From Octopus vulgaris (lineage: Eukaryota): 64,000 bases of DNA. Of the stretch, positions 42,079 through 55,104 are shown one piece after another. The DNA is taken from the NCBI GenBank assembly GCA_951406725.2, contig OX597815.1, forward strand, positions 87,668,001 to 87,732,000. The letters run 5' to 3'. A program made the position numbers and the translations under genes. Under the pieces are notes generated by a model. The model saw only the letters and a program-made list of their open reading frames with translations, was not told the origin of the DNA and did not search any database. Numbering within the stretch: the stretch's first letter is position 1; the number at the start of each line of letters is the position of its first letter.

Positions 42079-42745
42079 TCCTCAGTAGTATGGAGTTGGA
42101 TGTGAAAAAAAAATCCAGCAGCAAATATGAAAGTTTTCTCTGTACGAGTGCCGCATAAAATAATACCAAGCATGAGTGAGAAACGGAGTAGTGGAGGATT
42201 CCGCTGGATGCTTTTGGAAAAGAATGAAAAGGATCATCTGTAGTTTGGGATGCGAAAGAAATCGTAGGCTATGCGATATACAGTGTATGGGATGGGAGAG
42301 AACTTACAGGCCGTGCGATGCAAAGAGGATTCTACACGTTTCCCATGATAATGTGGCATTAGTTGTAGTGCTTGGTGAAAACCATCCAGTTTGTATGTAG
42401 AGTGGTTTGTTATGACAAATTGAACTTAACGGGTGAACCCGGGGATGTATAAAATATATAGATAAAATAAAATAATATATATATAAAAAAAAGACTGACG
42501 TTTTTGCTGCTCTGATTCAGAAAGGCTTTCCCATCTTTAGGTTTTTAGTTGTGCAGAGTCTGAAATGGAATCCCTGCTTAACTCCAAATTATCTTTCAGC
42601 AAAGGACATTTTAATTTTTTTATCCTTTTCTTTTCAGAATAAAGGGATTGCCTTTCGACCTTGCTATATAGCGAGTAAAAATATCACGTTCGCATATATC
42701 CCTCCCCTTCAAAAACACAAGAGAGAGCGAGTGAGCGAGCAAGAG

Positions 42746-42789
<44 letters not shown>

Positions 42790-42828
42790 GGTGGAGAATG
42801 AGAAATAGTGAGAAAGGGAAGTGGAGTG

Positions 42829-42934
<106 letters not shown>

Positions 42935-43871
42935 AGGTAAAATCGAAAGCTGTGTGTTTTTGGAGTAGTTTTTGGGTGTAGAAATATAAAACTTTCTGCC
43001 TTCTTTATTTCCAAAGTGTGTTGTGACAGACGCGATTAGGATGTTGCATGGTCGTAAATATCTGCCACATATACGTGATTAGTAAATATGTTTAGTTTCT
43101 TGTTTCTCGTGCCGTGGAAAAATAACTTAAAATTCTTTGCGTGAGAAATTGCTGAAAGAAACTAGGAAATAATTGTTGTTATTGATGATGTTGTTTTTGA
43201 TGTTATTGTTGTTGATGTTGATTATGCTGATGATGGTAGCGGTTGTAGTGGTGATGACAATGTTAATGACTATGATGATGGTGGAAGTAATTTAATTACA
43301 CCTCAGTACTTGTTTTCTTCTTCTCCAGTCCACAAGAACGAAAGGCAAAAATCACTTCAGTGGGTCCCGAACTTCGCCTTCCATCCTCCCGGAATCGAGA
43401 AAATAGAATACCTGTTAGTTTTTCGAGTCGGTTTAATTGACTCGAATCCTCAATCCTCAAATGAAAATTTTTAAAATGTATGGCTTTGCGCCAATATTAA
43501 AAATTGATATTATTAAGGAGCGGTAAATATCAGGAAAAGTATTGTAACTAACTAAGGGTTTAATAGTAAATGCACACAAATGAGGGCATGTTATTCACAC
43601 AGGGATGAGAAACCACCAACCTCGACGACCAGGCTGAAGTGTCTTCTGCTTCAGATATTTCAATCTAAACCTCATGAAAGTGCATGTGAGGATCTCAGAT
43701 GTCGGATAAGGCGAGAAGTAATCCACGTCGTCTTGGGTGCACAACTAAGGTGTGTGTAGAATATCATTGTAGTTTTAATCAATAATCTGTCATTTAAGTG
43801 TTCTTTAAATTCGGACACAGGTACTCTTTAATCAGCAGAGGGTCTTTCGTCAGCCTGTGGGTCGTTTAGTA

Positions 43872-44109
43872 CAGTGCTTCTCAAACTATCTGATGTGGCG
43901 TACCGGCAGTTTTTTTCCCCCAATGTGCCAAGGACCGGTAATATTTTTTAGTAATATTCATTTATACCGGAAACAATTTTTTTTATCTTATATTTATTTT
44001 GTAGACAAATAATACAATATTACATAAGCATTTTATAATGTTTCTTTCTTTTCTGGAAACTCGCCGCGGACCGGCACCGGTTCGCGGACTACCACTTTGA
44101 GTAGTACTG
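43872..44109. mobile_element. hAT (Charlie-type) MITE, 238 bp
   Basis: TIRs CAGTGCTTCTCAAA / TTTGAGTAGTACTG and a perfect 8-bp TSD gtttagta at 43864-43871 and 44110-44117. Confidence 0.9.
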
Positions 44110-44149
44110 GTTTAGTAGATACATCCAATTATTGGTGATTCGGGACAAC

Positions 44150-45180
44150 CGTAAATCTAACGTAGTCCCGAGCGTAGGAGAGGAATCCTTTCGTGCGTCT
44201 TATTTGCTGTTGATCAGGTTAATATTCTGTTTTCTGTGCCTTTATTTTTGCTGTTCCATATAAATTGGTACTCCTCTTCTTCCCCCTTTACATTCGCATC
44301 CTGCAAGACAAAGGGTTAGCACTGCTGATTACGATACTGGCTGGTTCTGTATTGAGGGAATGAATACTTCAGATTTTTAGTAACTACATTTTTGTCGGCC
44401 AGTGGTGCACATGGTACTCAAGGTGAGATATCTTCCGTTTTGGATATCCTCGGAATTGCAACCAGTAGTGTTCTGGAAAAAGCTTGGGACCCTGCTGTTA
44501 TTATTGCTGCTTTTGCTGTTATCCCTTACTCTCTTTCCTCTCATGCTTTTCTTCCTCCACCGGACAGAAAACCCTCAAATGATTCTTACTACTACAACTA
44601 GGATTTCTGTCCCAAAATACCACCCGATTGCTTTCCTCTCTGCTTTCATAGTAGGGTATAACGGCGGAATATCCTTGCAATCTTCGCGGTTCATGAGAAT
44701 CTACTTGTTTATGCAAACGCTACCAGACCAAATCTTAATATTATCTCCACGCTCATCGCCGGTCTGTTTAGTGTTAAATAACGGCCAGTCAGGAGTTGAC
44801 GTCTGTACCAATGTCTTTCGACGTAAACCTTGTGTTTCGTGTCCTTATATACTGTGGATCTCACCAGTAGGTAGGTATGTGATGCACAATCTCCACCTGT
44901 TTCTGCTTTGTTCTTAGTTTTAAAGACCAGGCTAACAACTTTGTACACCCTACTCCGATCGAAGGAGTACACATCCTACCATACACTGGCCACAGCTTCC
45001 TTTAAGTCCTTCGAGAGTATATGGAAGCCTTCTAAAATTTTTTGAAAAACAGAGTGAAGTGCCTACTTTTCTTTCCTCTTCCCGTGGGAATTACTCGGGC
45101 AGAAAGGCATTACTTTTCGAATTATACACCTCTTCCATGTCTTTTTCAGAAAGTTTACCTATTTCCAGTGTTTCCTTCTA
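44150..45180 (-). mobile_element. Probable decayed LINE ORF1 with a zinc-knuckle remnant
   Basis: Higher-GC broken frames including RNPSCSSKNHLRVFCP, a degenerate CxxCxxxxHxxxxC, followed by a charged linker. Confidence 0.4.
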
Positions 45181-45734
45181 GTTTGAAACGCTAGCAAAAG
45201 ATGTGTCACCGTTTCTGTTGCCCTCATTGATGAAGTGTGCGTTATCGTCACATGTGGGAACGTTTGTTTTACTGTTGTGTCTGTTCAATTGTCATTTAAA
45301 TTTTTTTTTATTTCTATTTATCAGAGAACTTCTGATTTCCTTTTTGTAGTGGATTATTCGTTGTTACTACGTTTGTAAATAGCACATCTTCCTGCGCTCG
45401 AAGACCTTGCCATATTGAATCAATAGTAAATAAGCACAAAAACATGAGCCATTTGTAAACGAATAAAGAAGGCAACTAGTTTTATATTTTTACACCAAAG
45501 AACAGCCCTACAAGATAAAGTTTTCAATTTTAAAATATATTAACAAAACAAATCTTATTTTCCCATCCCAAGATAAAGGGATTGACACCAAGGTATCCTA
45601 ACTCCTTTGTTAGCAAAATAAATAAAGCAGGTGCTATGTGATGTAATTGGTAACAAGATCACGGGGCAAGCGATAGATACGTGACTTGGATCTCGTCATT
45701 TGGCCGATTTCTTTTCTCGATCTCAAAATATCGC

Positions 45735-46085
45735 TTATCTTTTATCTTTTACCTGTTTCAGTCATTAGACTGTGGCCATGCTGGGGCACCGCTTTGAAGA
45801 ATTTTAGTCGAATGAATTGACCCTGGCACTTATTATTTCGGTCTCACTGCCGAACCGCTAAGTTACGGGGACGTAAACAAACCAGCACCGATTGTCAAGC
45901 GGTGGTGGGGGACAAACACAGACACAAACACACACAACCTCACGACGGGTTTCTTTAGTTTCTTCTACCAAATCCGCTCAGAAGGCTTTGGTCGGCACGA
46001 GGCTATAGTAAAAGACACTTGCCCAAGGTACCACGCAGTGGGACTGAACCCGGAACCATGTGGTTGGAAAGCATGTTTCTTAGCA
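45735..46085 (-). mobile_element. SINE family B, near full length
   Basis: Minus-strand head ...ccaaccacatggttccgggttcagtcccactgcgtgg (B-box-like) then ttgggcaagtgtctt...; tail gactgaaacaggtaaaagataaaagata. Confidence 0.85.
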
Positions 46086-46360
46086 AAACCTACATATATT
46101 GTGACCTTTGATCTATAACGACCAAACGAAAATGTTGCTGGGAGAGAGAGAGATAGGAAAGAGAAAGTAGAAGCGAGAGATAGAAATAGAGAGAGATAGA
46201 GATAGAGTGAGAGGAATACTGAAAGAAGGTGTTTGGAGAAAGAAAGAGAAAGCAACAGACAAATGGATGGGAGCAGAATTAATGAGATGTAAGAGAATGT
46301 GTAGAAGCTAAGAAGGGTAGAGGGACAATGGAGGCACACATACACACATTCACACACATT

Positions 46361-46361
<1 letters not shown>

Positions 46362-46444
<83 letters not shown>

Positions 46445-46760
46445 CAGACAGACAGACAGATAGATAGATAGAAAGATAGATAGATAGAAAGATAGAAAGA
46501 TAGATAGATAGATGGAGAGAGAGACAGAAAGAAAGAAAGATAGATAGATAGAGAAAGAGAGAGACCGAGATATCCTATAAGTAACATAAACTGAGGGAGA
46601 AGGAGAAATTATTATATAATTACAGCGACAGACAAAAAACAGAGGCATGCAGCGCGAGGAATAGAAAGAGAGAAAGGGGGGAAGGGCGAGGGAAAGAGAA
46701 AGAGATAGATAGATAGAGATAGAGAGACAGATAGACAGAGAAAGAAAAAGAGAGAGGGAA
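46362..46760. repeat. (GA)n/(GATA)n purine-rich microsatellite field
   Basis: Read directly. Confidence 0.92.
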
Positions 46761-48064
46761 TGTGGTGGGGTGTGACAACACATACAGATTTGAAATTTAC
46801 TAGATCAATTCTTACGTTCCTGATAACAATTAGTCTGAGAGTAGTGTTTTGATTATTCTAACCAGCCCACAGAACTATATCAATGTTATATAAGTATTTC
46901 CTCATGGGATTTCGTTGAAGAAATTTAAAGAAAAAAAAGACTGTTATAATAACAATACAGCAAGGAGATAGCTGTTAAAACATGTACACGTGTTTCGGTA
47001 TTCGTGTTGGGCTTATAATGCACATAAGTAGACATACACGTTCGATACACGTGTATATAGATGTGAACGCAGCGTGGGCGAATGGCGAATAATTCCACTT
47101 CCCAATCACGAGGCTCTAAGTTCGGTTCCATTGAGTGGCATCTTGAGCAAGTGTCTTTAAGATTGACCCAAACCATATGAGTGAAATTGGGTAGACGTAA
47201 CCTGCGTAGTAACTCGTTGGATGGGTTAACTGTAGTTTAAGGCCTAGCTTAGTCACACTGCATTATGCTGATTCTGCCTGAGAATTACGTGAAAGGTACA
47301 AGTGCCTGTAGAGTGCCGTTTACATGCTAATTCAATGAACTGCTAGCTCAGAAAAAGTGAATACTCATTGTCGAATCCGACGGAGATCCGTGTACATAGA
47401 CACACTCACACGTAGACGTACAGTTGAATATACTAAAATACGTAGAATCTGTGGAAATTAGTGATGTTCTGTGTTGGGAAGTAATAATAAAGATAATTTA
47501 AAGAGTGGAATAAATTTATTATGAAAATTAATTAAAATAGAATGTGGGTAATGTATTGGGGGTGTGAATCTAATCTTGGCAGCAGCACCTCGACATCTCC
47601 AGACAGTGGTGCTTATATAATTATATTATGACAGATTTTGTATATATGTTAGAGTTTCATTAGATTTGCGAATGAATAGTACAATGAATTATGGTAAAGT
47701 GTAGAGTTACATCCAAGAAGTTAAGTTATTCCATGTGTTTACTCGTATGTACGTATGAGTATGAGTTATGCCTGTCTATTTTGTACGTATTTTCAAGCAT
47801 TTTAGCCACTTTCATTTAAAAAATTGCGTATGGTATGTGTGAATGATTGAGCGATGTGCGAATGCGGATATCTTTAACTATAAGTATAGGGGTAAGAATG
47901 TGCATTTATAGAGGTGTGAATGTTAATACTGATCTTCAAAGCACATTATCGTCTTCATTACTTCCACCTAACAAATCACCTAGTTCCGGGAGGGAAATAA
48001 ACATATTTCAAAATCATTCATCCTATATCCGACAAAAGCAGCAACCAATAATAATGCTACAAAT

Positions 48065-48675
48065 AAGGCGGCGAGCTGGCAGAAACGTTAACATATTGGA
48101 CGAAATCCTTAGGGGTATCTCATCCGTCTGCACGTTCTGAGTTCAAATATCGCCGAGGTCGACGTTACCTTTCATCCTCTCTAAGTCTTTAAAATAAGTG
48201 CCAGTTGAACACTGAGGTCGATGTAATCCACTTACCCCTCCCACCGAACTTACTGGCCTTGTGCCAAAATTTGGAACCAATATCAACGCAACAAATAAAG
48301 CGGCGGACAAAATGCTTAGCGGTATTTATTCTACCGAAGTCGACTTTGCTTTTCAGCCTTTCGGGTTAGATGAAATGAGTACCAGTTGAACACTGGGGTC
48401 GATGTAATCGACTTACCCCCCTCCCCGGACATTGCTGGCTTTGAAACCAATATTAATACACTACAAATAAAGCGGCGAGCTGGCATGAGTCGTTAGCTCG
48501 CTGGGCAAAATGCGTAGCGGTATTTCGTTCGCCTTTACGTTTTGAGTTCAAATTCCGCCGAGGTCGACTTTGCCTTTCACAGCCGATAAAATAAGTATCA
48601 GTTTTGCATTGAGGTCGATCTAATCGGTTTAATCCCTCTACCTAAATTATTGGCCTTGTGCTAAAATTTGAAACA
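48065..48675 (+). mobile_element. Head-to-tail trimer of SINE family A
   Basis: Copies start at about 48065, 48298 and 48469, each preceded by a related ~20-bp linker. Confidence 0.85.
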
Positions 48676-49439
48676 AATATTAATGTTACAAATTTTGGTC
48701 CCAAAAGAATCATCTTTGAAAGAAGAACCTGTGAATTACACAAACTATACAAATTTAGAATATAAAAATGTAAGGTTTGTTTACAAATCACTAAGATGTT
48801 ATTTATAATGTTCAGTCATCAAGATACAAACAAAAACGGATAATATATTTAATTCTTGTATTAGATAGCACCTAAATATCAACATACGTTTCAGTATCTC
48901 TTAAAACTCCATATCTTAACTTAACATATCATAACTCCGTTTTCTTTTAAATTCCTGTCTTAATACACCAACTTCTTTGACATAAGAATAATTTAATCAA
49001 CAGCTAATACGCACCATACTCCTCCATTAAATAAGTGAATGAATTCAAGAGTTTCTATTAGAATTGTATAATTTTAGTTAATACTAACATATAACCTCCT
49101 TCCTCTATTTCAACCATCCTTCTATCAACGTGTTTCTCCTTTTCCCTCTCCCCTATTGTACTTATATAAACACAACGTTTAATAGAATTAAAAATAGACT
49201 AAATAAATAAAATAAAATAAATATAAGTTACATTTACATCTCACCAAAACATCTTTTATACTGCTAAAGTTTGTGTGTGTATGTGGAGAGGAGATGGTAG
49301 AAGACTTGTTTCAGACATAAAAATGAAAGGAATGCTCAAGTACCGCCTCTACACTATTCGTTTCTCTTTTCGTGTTTTCTCTTCCGTTTAAATATTGGGG
49401 ATTGCTCCACACAGAAATTGCGGGGGCTATTCAGAAGTA

Positions 49440-50012
49440 CTGCAAGCTCTTCTGAATACATCGCAATATTGGAAACCCACCAGTATCTTCAGCAATATCT
49501 CAGGGTTATATATTTTACCCCTTAGCTTGTGCCCTGAGTGGGTCAGCGGGGCAATTAATGAATCTTCTCCTGCAGAGGGATTCTTTGTAAGGTCCCTTGT
49601 CAACTGCAGCTACCTTGAGCTGGTTTCAGCTAACATGCCTATCTCCTGGGTGGCTGGAAAGTCGCAGCAATTGACTTCAGTAGGGAGTGAGGCAAAGTGC
49701 CATCCATTAGCAAGTGTCCTGTTCATCAAGTGTCTTGTCCTGATATTTGATTTTCTTTAACTGACAAGAAATGTTGAGTCTGTCCTTCCAGAGCACTGTT
49801 GGTTCAACCACGATGATTGTTTTTGCACTTTTAGGGTTGAGATACATGTCTAGTTGAAGTGATGTTGCCGTTGGCACCCCAGGGAAGACGAATCTGCACT
49901 CCAGGCCCATTTGCATCTACCAATCTGAGGCAGGATGCAAAATAGAAAACGGATCCCCTTCTGTCGTCTTAGGAGCCTTGCCACCTCGCCTTAGGAACCT
50001 GATACTCATGAA
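49440..50012 (-). mobile_element. 3' fragment of a Hero-like non-LTR retrotransposon (restriction-like endonuclease domain)
   Basis: IRFLRRGGK...ILHPASDW*MQMGL..RFVFP....TSLQLDM...SAKTIIVVEPTVLWKD.....LKKIKYQD...GW....PTEVNC, matching the RPD..ELTVPWE..KxxKY..GW..PVEVG pattern. Confidence 0.7.
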
Positions 50013-50553
50013 TGGTGTTATTCAGGTTGATAAATTAAGTACCAGTCGAACACTAGGGTCGATGTATTCAAGTAGCCACCTACCTCTAAGGTTTCAGGCC
50101 TTGTTTCTATAGTAGAAAGGTTATTATAAATAATTCTAAATATTCGTTGTAAATATTGATTTTTTTCTCTGGTGCTATGCTAAAAATTAAGATCAACGCC
50201 TCTACATATGTTTAGTTGTTATGTTATTAACCCTAACAGAATAAAAAGCAATGTCATTCCCTTCAGGAACTGAGCCATAGAATATTTCCGAAGATCTCGA
50301 CTATCTGCAGTAATACCATCGTAGTTAAACTTCAGTTTATTGCATGTAAGACTAGGATTTAATCCATAGCCATTTAATAGTTCGAGCACTCCTGAAGACT
50401 TTTTGTTTAATGTATTGTATCTATGAGAAGTTAGTTGCCAGTAAGCTATATTTATGCCGGGATATGGAATAAAAAATACAAATTGACAACACACACACAC
50501 AGACACATATACACTCACACAGACACACATTCACACAGACACAGACACACACA

Positions 50554-50654
<101 letters not shown>

Positions 50655-52593
50655 ACACACACACATATATACACACATGCATACATGCACACACACTCTC
50701 TCTCACACACACGCGTGCGTGTATGCATGTGTCTATACGAGTGTTGCTTGTTTTTGTAAACTCGACTACATATACACATGCATATATATAAGGAAGTTCA
50801 TATTTTCTGTTTCTCATGTTAAAGAGATTTACTATGCCTCTGATAGGAACAACATTTTGATAAATGTTTCTTCACTTAAGCTTTTTAATCAAAACAATTT
50901 GACAAGGAAAAGTCGAGAAAGTTCGCAAGCACTATTAAGGTAAAAAACTATGAATAAATGAATAAAAAACAAACAAATGAAAAACATACCTCTGAAAAAT
51001 AATACTTTCAACATTTTTCTCTAAGGTTTTTCTTCACAAGAATTCTATACAATGACCGACATTGCTTTAATAGTATTTGCAGATGAATTTATTTTCTGAT
51101 ATTCTAAAATACAATAAATGTTCAGCTGTGTTTCTATTTCAGTAAAATTGTTTCTATATTTGTATCTTCTATCTTTTCCCGCAGAATAGGTTCCCCGAAT
51201 TAGAACCAGATTTCTATAAACGGACGTATTTCCCTCGTTTAGAACAACGGAAATCTGTTGAATGAGGAAGCTGAAATCTTATTTTACAGATTAAGTGTCA
51301 AATTTCCACGGGATTCCCAAGCAACACATGGGTGAACGTGTCAAATCAAATCTAAGCTGATTTAATAGAAATTTCCAGGTTTCTAGACCGTGAAAAACTG
51401 GTTATTCCAAGAAGCAAAAGAGAAGAAACCATTCATATGTAGTTAATATTCTAAGGTGATTTAATACTTTTTCGTCAATAGGGCATTGCTTCTACATCTA
51501 GGAGGATAATGTTGCCACACACAGATATCCTAGATCGCATTCGGAGGCCATTCATCTGATTGATTTGAAGTTACACCAATCTTTGGCCTACAAAATGGCC
51601 GTTTCCTCTTTCTGCTTTTATTCGAGTTATTACAGACGGGGCATCTAGTCTCTGCTCCCCAGAAAGCCATCGATATTCATAGAGAAAAGGAAGCCAGATA
51701 ATATAGCATTCATATCTTTTTGAAAGATATGAGATATGAGAAAACTGAAATGATTTTCATAGGTAATAAAAATAAAGGGAAATTATTGCAACTGTTAAGT
51801 AGAAACAATGTTGCTGACTTAACTCGCCGGACGTTTTAATATACCTAACTCTGTATTTGTTACTTGCCTGCTATTTTTAGTTCAAAACTAACTACAGTAT
51901 ATATCTTGAAGTGTGGATAAGATTTTAACGTACTCATCATTTTTTCTTTTTTTTTTTTTTACTAAATACGAAACCAAATTGCTGTGTTATAATTTCAGTA
52001 AATGCTTACACGATGTCGCAAACTAAATGCTTCAAATTCTTTGAAATAACTTCTGCTGCGAGGAAACATTGGTTCAATGAGTCATGTTAATCAAAACCGG
52101 TTAAGGAGAAAAACGATAACACTGAAATTTAAATTAATTAAAATTAGTATTTCGCAGGCAGTTTAATTAATTCAAATTACATTGCGCATGTAGATTAGCT
52201 TGAGGACTGATATTAATTTGATCTGCTTTTTGGTAAGTAGAGAGACAATTTTAGAAATGTTCCGGTCTCATTCAACCTTCTCAGCAACTTATGGCAATTT
52301 CCATCAGCTACTACTATATTACAGAAATGTCACCCAAATATTCTTCAAATCACACCTAGCTATCTTAAAAAGGGAAAGTCACAGATACATGAAAAAAGGA
52401 CAGGAGGATCTCAGTTGGAATGTCTTTGATCGTAGGTCTGTTCGATCAAATGCCAAACAACAACTGTGGTATTATACACAAGACCTGCATATCACTGGCA
52501 CTTATAGACTATATCTTGTCAAAAGTAATTATTGTGGTTAGTGTAATTGTTTTTGATGTTGATGTTATTAAGAACTAAACTCACAACACTCAC

Positions 52594-53279
52594 CTCTTTC
52601 TCTTGGTGATCTTTCGATTGGTCAACCGCACTTTCTTTAATATCTTCTGGTTTTTCTTCTGTTACTTCATTTTTGGCAATTTTCTTCAGTAGATCTACTT
52701 TTGTTTCTTCTGTTTCTTCTGTGACCTCCTTTTCACTGTTTTCACTTGTATTTTCCTTAGTATTCTCTTCACTTTTTTCCTCTTTTTCCTCTTCCTCCTC
52801 TTCTTCTCCTTTTTTCTTTTTCGTAAATTCATTGTTGTCTGATGTTGAGCTTCCTTCTGTATTACCAGCGATGTGTTTGCGTTCATCTTTTAACACGTTG
52901 CGATCATCTTTCAGATTATTTTCTTCGTTCAGGCGAATTTCTGGCTCGCTCCTATTGGCAGCGAGTGCGTGCAAGATAGTAGTAACGTTTTTATTCGAAT
53001 TGAAACGACTTTTGTAGCTATCGATAGTGTTTGATTTTGTTGTCCCCACAGTTATTCTAGGTGGGATCGTTGTTGGTATTGGAGTTGTTGTTGGTATTGG
53101 AGTTGTTGTGGCTTTGGTCGTAGTTCTCACCACTCGTGGTTTTTTACATACCACACCAGCTGAAACGTGGCGCGCTGCACAAGACACTTTCATTAAAGGG
53201 TTGCGACGAATTCTTCTCGGACATTTTAACAGCGTATCCTCGTTTCCACGGCATCTGAATTCGACTTTCAGTTTATAGA
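52594..53279 (-). CDS. LOXL: LOXL exon A (first visible): C-terminal half of an SRCR domain plus Thr/Pro-rich and Glu/Lys-rich linker
   Basis: Acceptor ttttctgttgtttaattacag|TC TAT AAA; donor GAG|gtgagt. Open 686 nt (phase 1 to 0): YKLKVEFRCRGNEDTLLKCP...SCAARHVSAGVVCKKP...QEKE. The CxGxExxLxxC...C...AGVVC pattern is an SRCR C-terminal half. Confidence 0.85.
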
Positions 53280-54921
53280 CTGTAATTAAACAACAGAAAA
53301 ATGGAAAATATAAGAAAAATATGAAATATATACAGAAAAAAACCCAAACATTTTATCAAGCATTTAAATTCAGTTCAATTCGAGATACTGTAATTGTACA
53401 GAAACACTCTACAAATAACAGAAAAGTGCTTCAAGATGGTGGCACACAGCGATGTAAGAAAACGTCTTTCATCTTTCTTTTCTTTTTTAAAATCTGTTTG
53501 TGCATAGGATTAAAAATTAAAAAAAACAAATGCATGACTTCACACAATTTACTGAAACAAAGAAACTTGGAAATTACGACTTTCCCAGAAATACGATTTC
53601 AGATTCGCTGCTATACTTTGGTTGTGTTTTAGACTGGAGACTTGATTCTACGTTGACCGGTATTAAATTAATCACCCACAGAACATCTACAACCCCATGA
53701 ATGTCTTTTTCGGCCACGAATACAATTCCTTCCACATATACACAGACATTAACTTTTGGATTGGACTTTTATCGTTCTTCTACTCAGTACCCTTGAAAAT
53801 AAGCCGATAATTAAATCAATGATAATCCCTTTTCCATCTCTTACAAAAGAAAAAAGAATCAACAAAACTCTCTTAAATATTTAAATTCCTCTTGATTTCG
53901 CACAGGAGTCCTATGTAAATGGAACCATATTCAAACCGTTATAGATTAGGGTCACGGGAATGAGAAGGCGAAGTTAGTGCAATGTGATATTTCATTCGAA
54001 TTTATACAATGTTTAAGTGCTTATTTATTTATTGTTGCCACTTGAAAAGTACCTCCAGGGAAATAATCACTACATAACCACAAAAAAACAAACAAACAAT
54101 CAGTTACATTATTTTCATAAAATTATTTTCATAAAGCTTGTATGACATTTTTATAAATAATCAGAAAGCACGAAATAGTAATAAATAAGATAAGGAATTT
54201 ATTGCTACCAAAAATCTCTCAATTACATGCTAAATTTTACTCTTGATGTGTTGTAAAAAATGTCACAGCTCCTGGTGAGATGAGGGTTCACCTCTCTCAT
54301 ATAAAACTCATGTGAGTCTGAGATGCTGTTTTCAAGGTTAAACGTTACTGACATATACCTACACCTATCTTTAAAACAAGATATCTGAGGTTGGCTATCA
54401 AAGATTACGTACACTTGAGCACATTCGATCATCCAGCTTACAAATTCTGATTAAAACAAAACGTACGATTGAAAATTAACTTACTTTACCAAAACTGACA
54501 CTCTATCAACATGATTTTTCTATGGCAACTTGGAGATCCACACTCATATCTCATGTCCAGTTAAAACTGATGTTTGTCGAAAGCATACATGGGTGGAAGA
54601 CTGGGCTATTATCTATCCGTCTGGTGGCTACATCTTTTCTGCTCCACATCATAAAGTGTCTCCTTCAGTCTATTTCTCTGACGACTGTATAGTCTGATAT
54701 AGAGCCCCTTATACCTTCTATGATAGCATTAAAACTAATTATAAGGTAGTCCAAATTCTTATAGAAACTGAGTCATACAAAATCTATCTGTTAGAAATTA
54801 GAAAATCAATACTACATGGAAATGTATCCAAAAACAGGCGCAGTTTCCATTGCTATTTCCAATCTAAAAGCATGAATTAATGGTTTGTGCGATGTAAAAC
54901 TTGTTCTTCCTCAATTTTGGC

Positions 54922-54962
<41 letters not shown>

Positions 54963-55037
54963 TTACATATATATATACATATATGTATATAAGTGTGAAT
55001 GTGTGTGCGTGCGTATGTGTGTGTGTGTGTGTTTGTT

Positions 55038-55104
<67 letters not shown>

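Noticed and set aside
50990-51103. Exon-like segment (ttttag acceptor ... AG|gtatgt donor, minus strand) in the 20-kb intron
   Set aside because: It has stops in all three frames, and exons A and B already join in phase 0.
52673-53278. Plus-strand hydrophobic ORFs overlapping exon A
   Set aside because: They are antisense shadows of the low-complexity LOXL linker.
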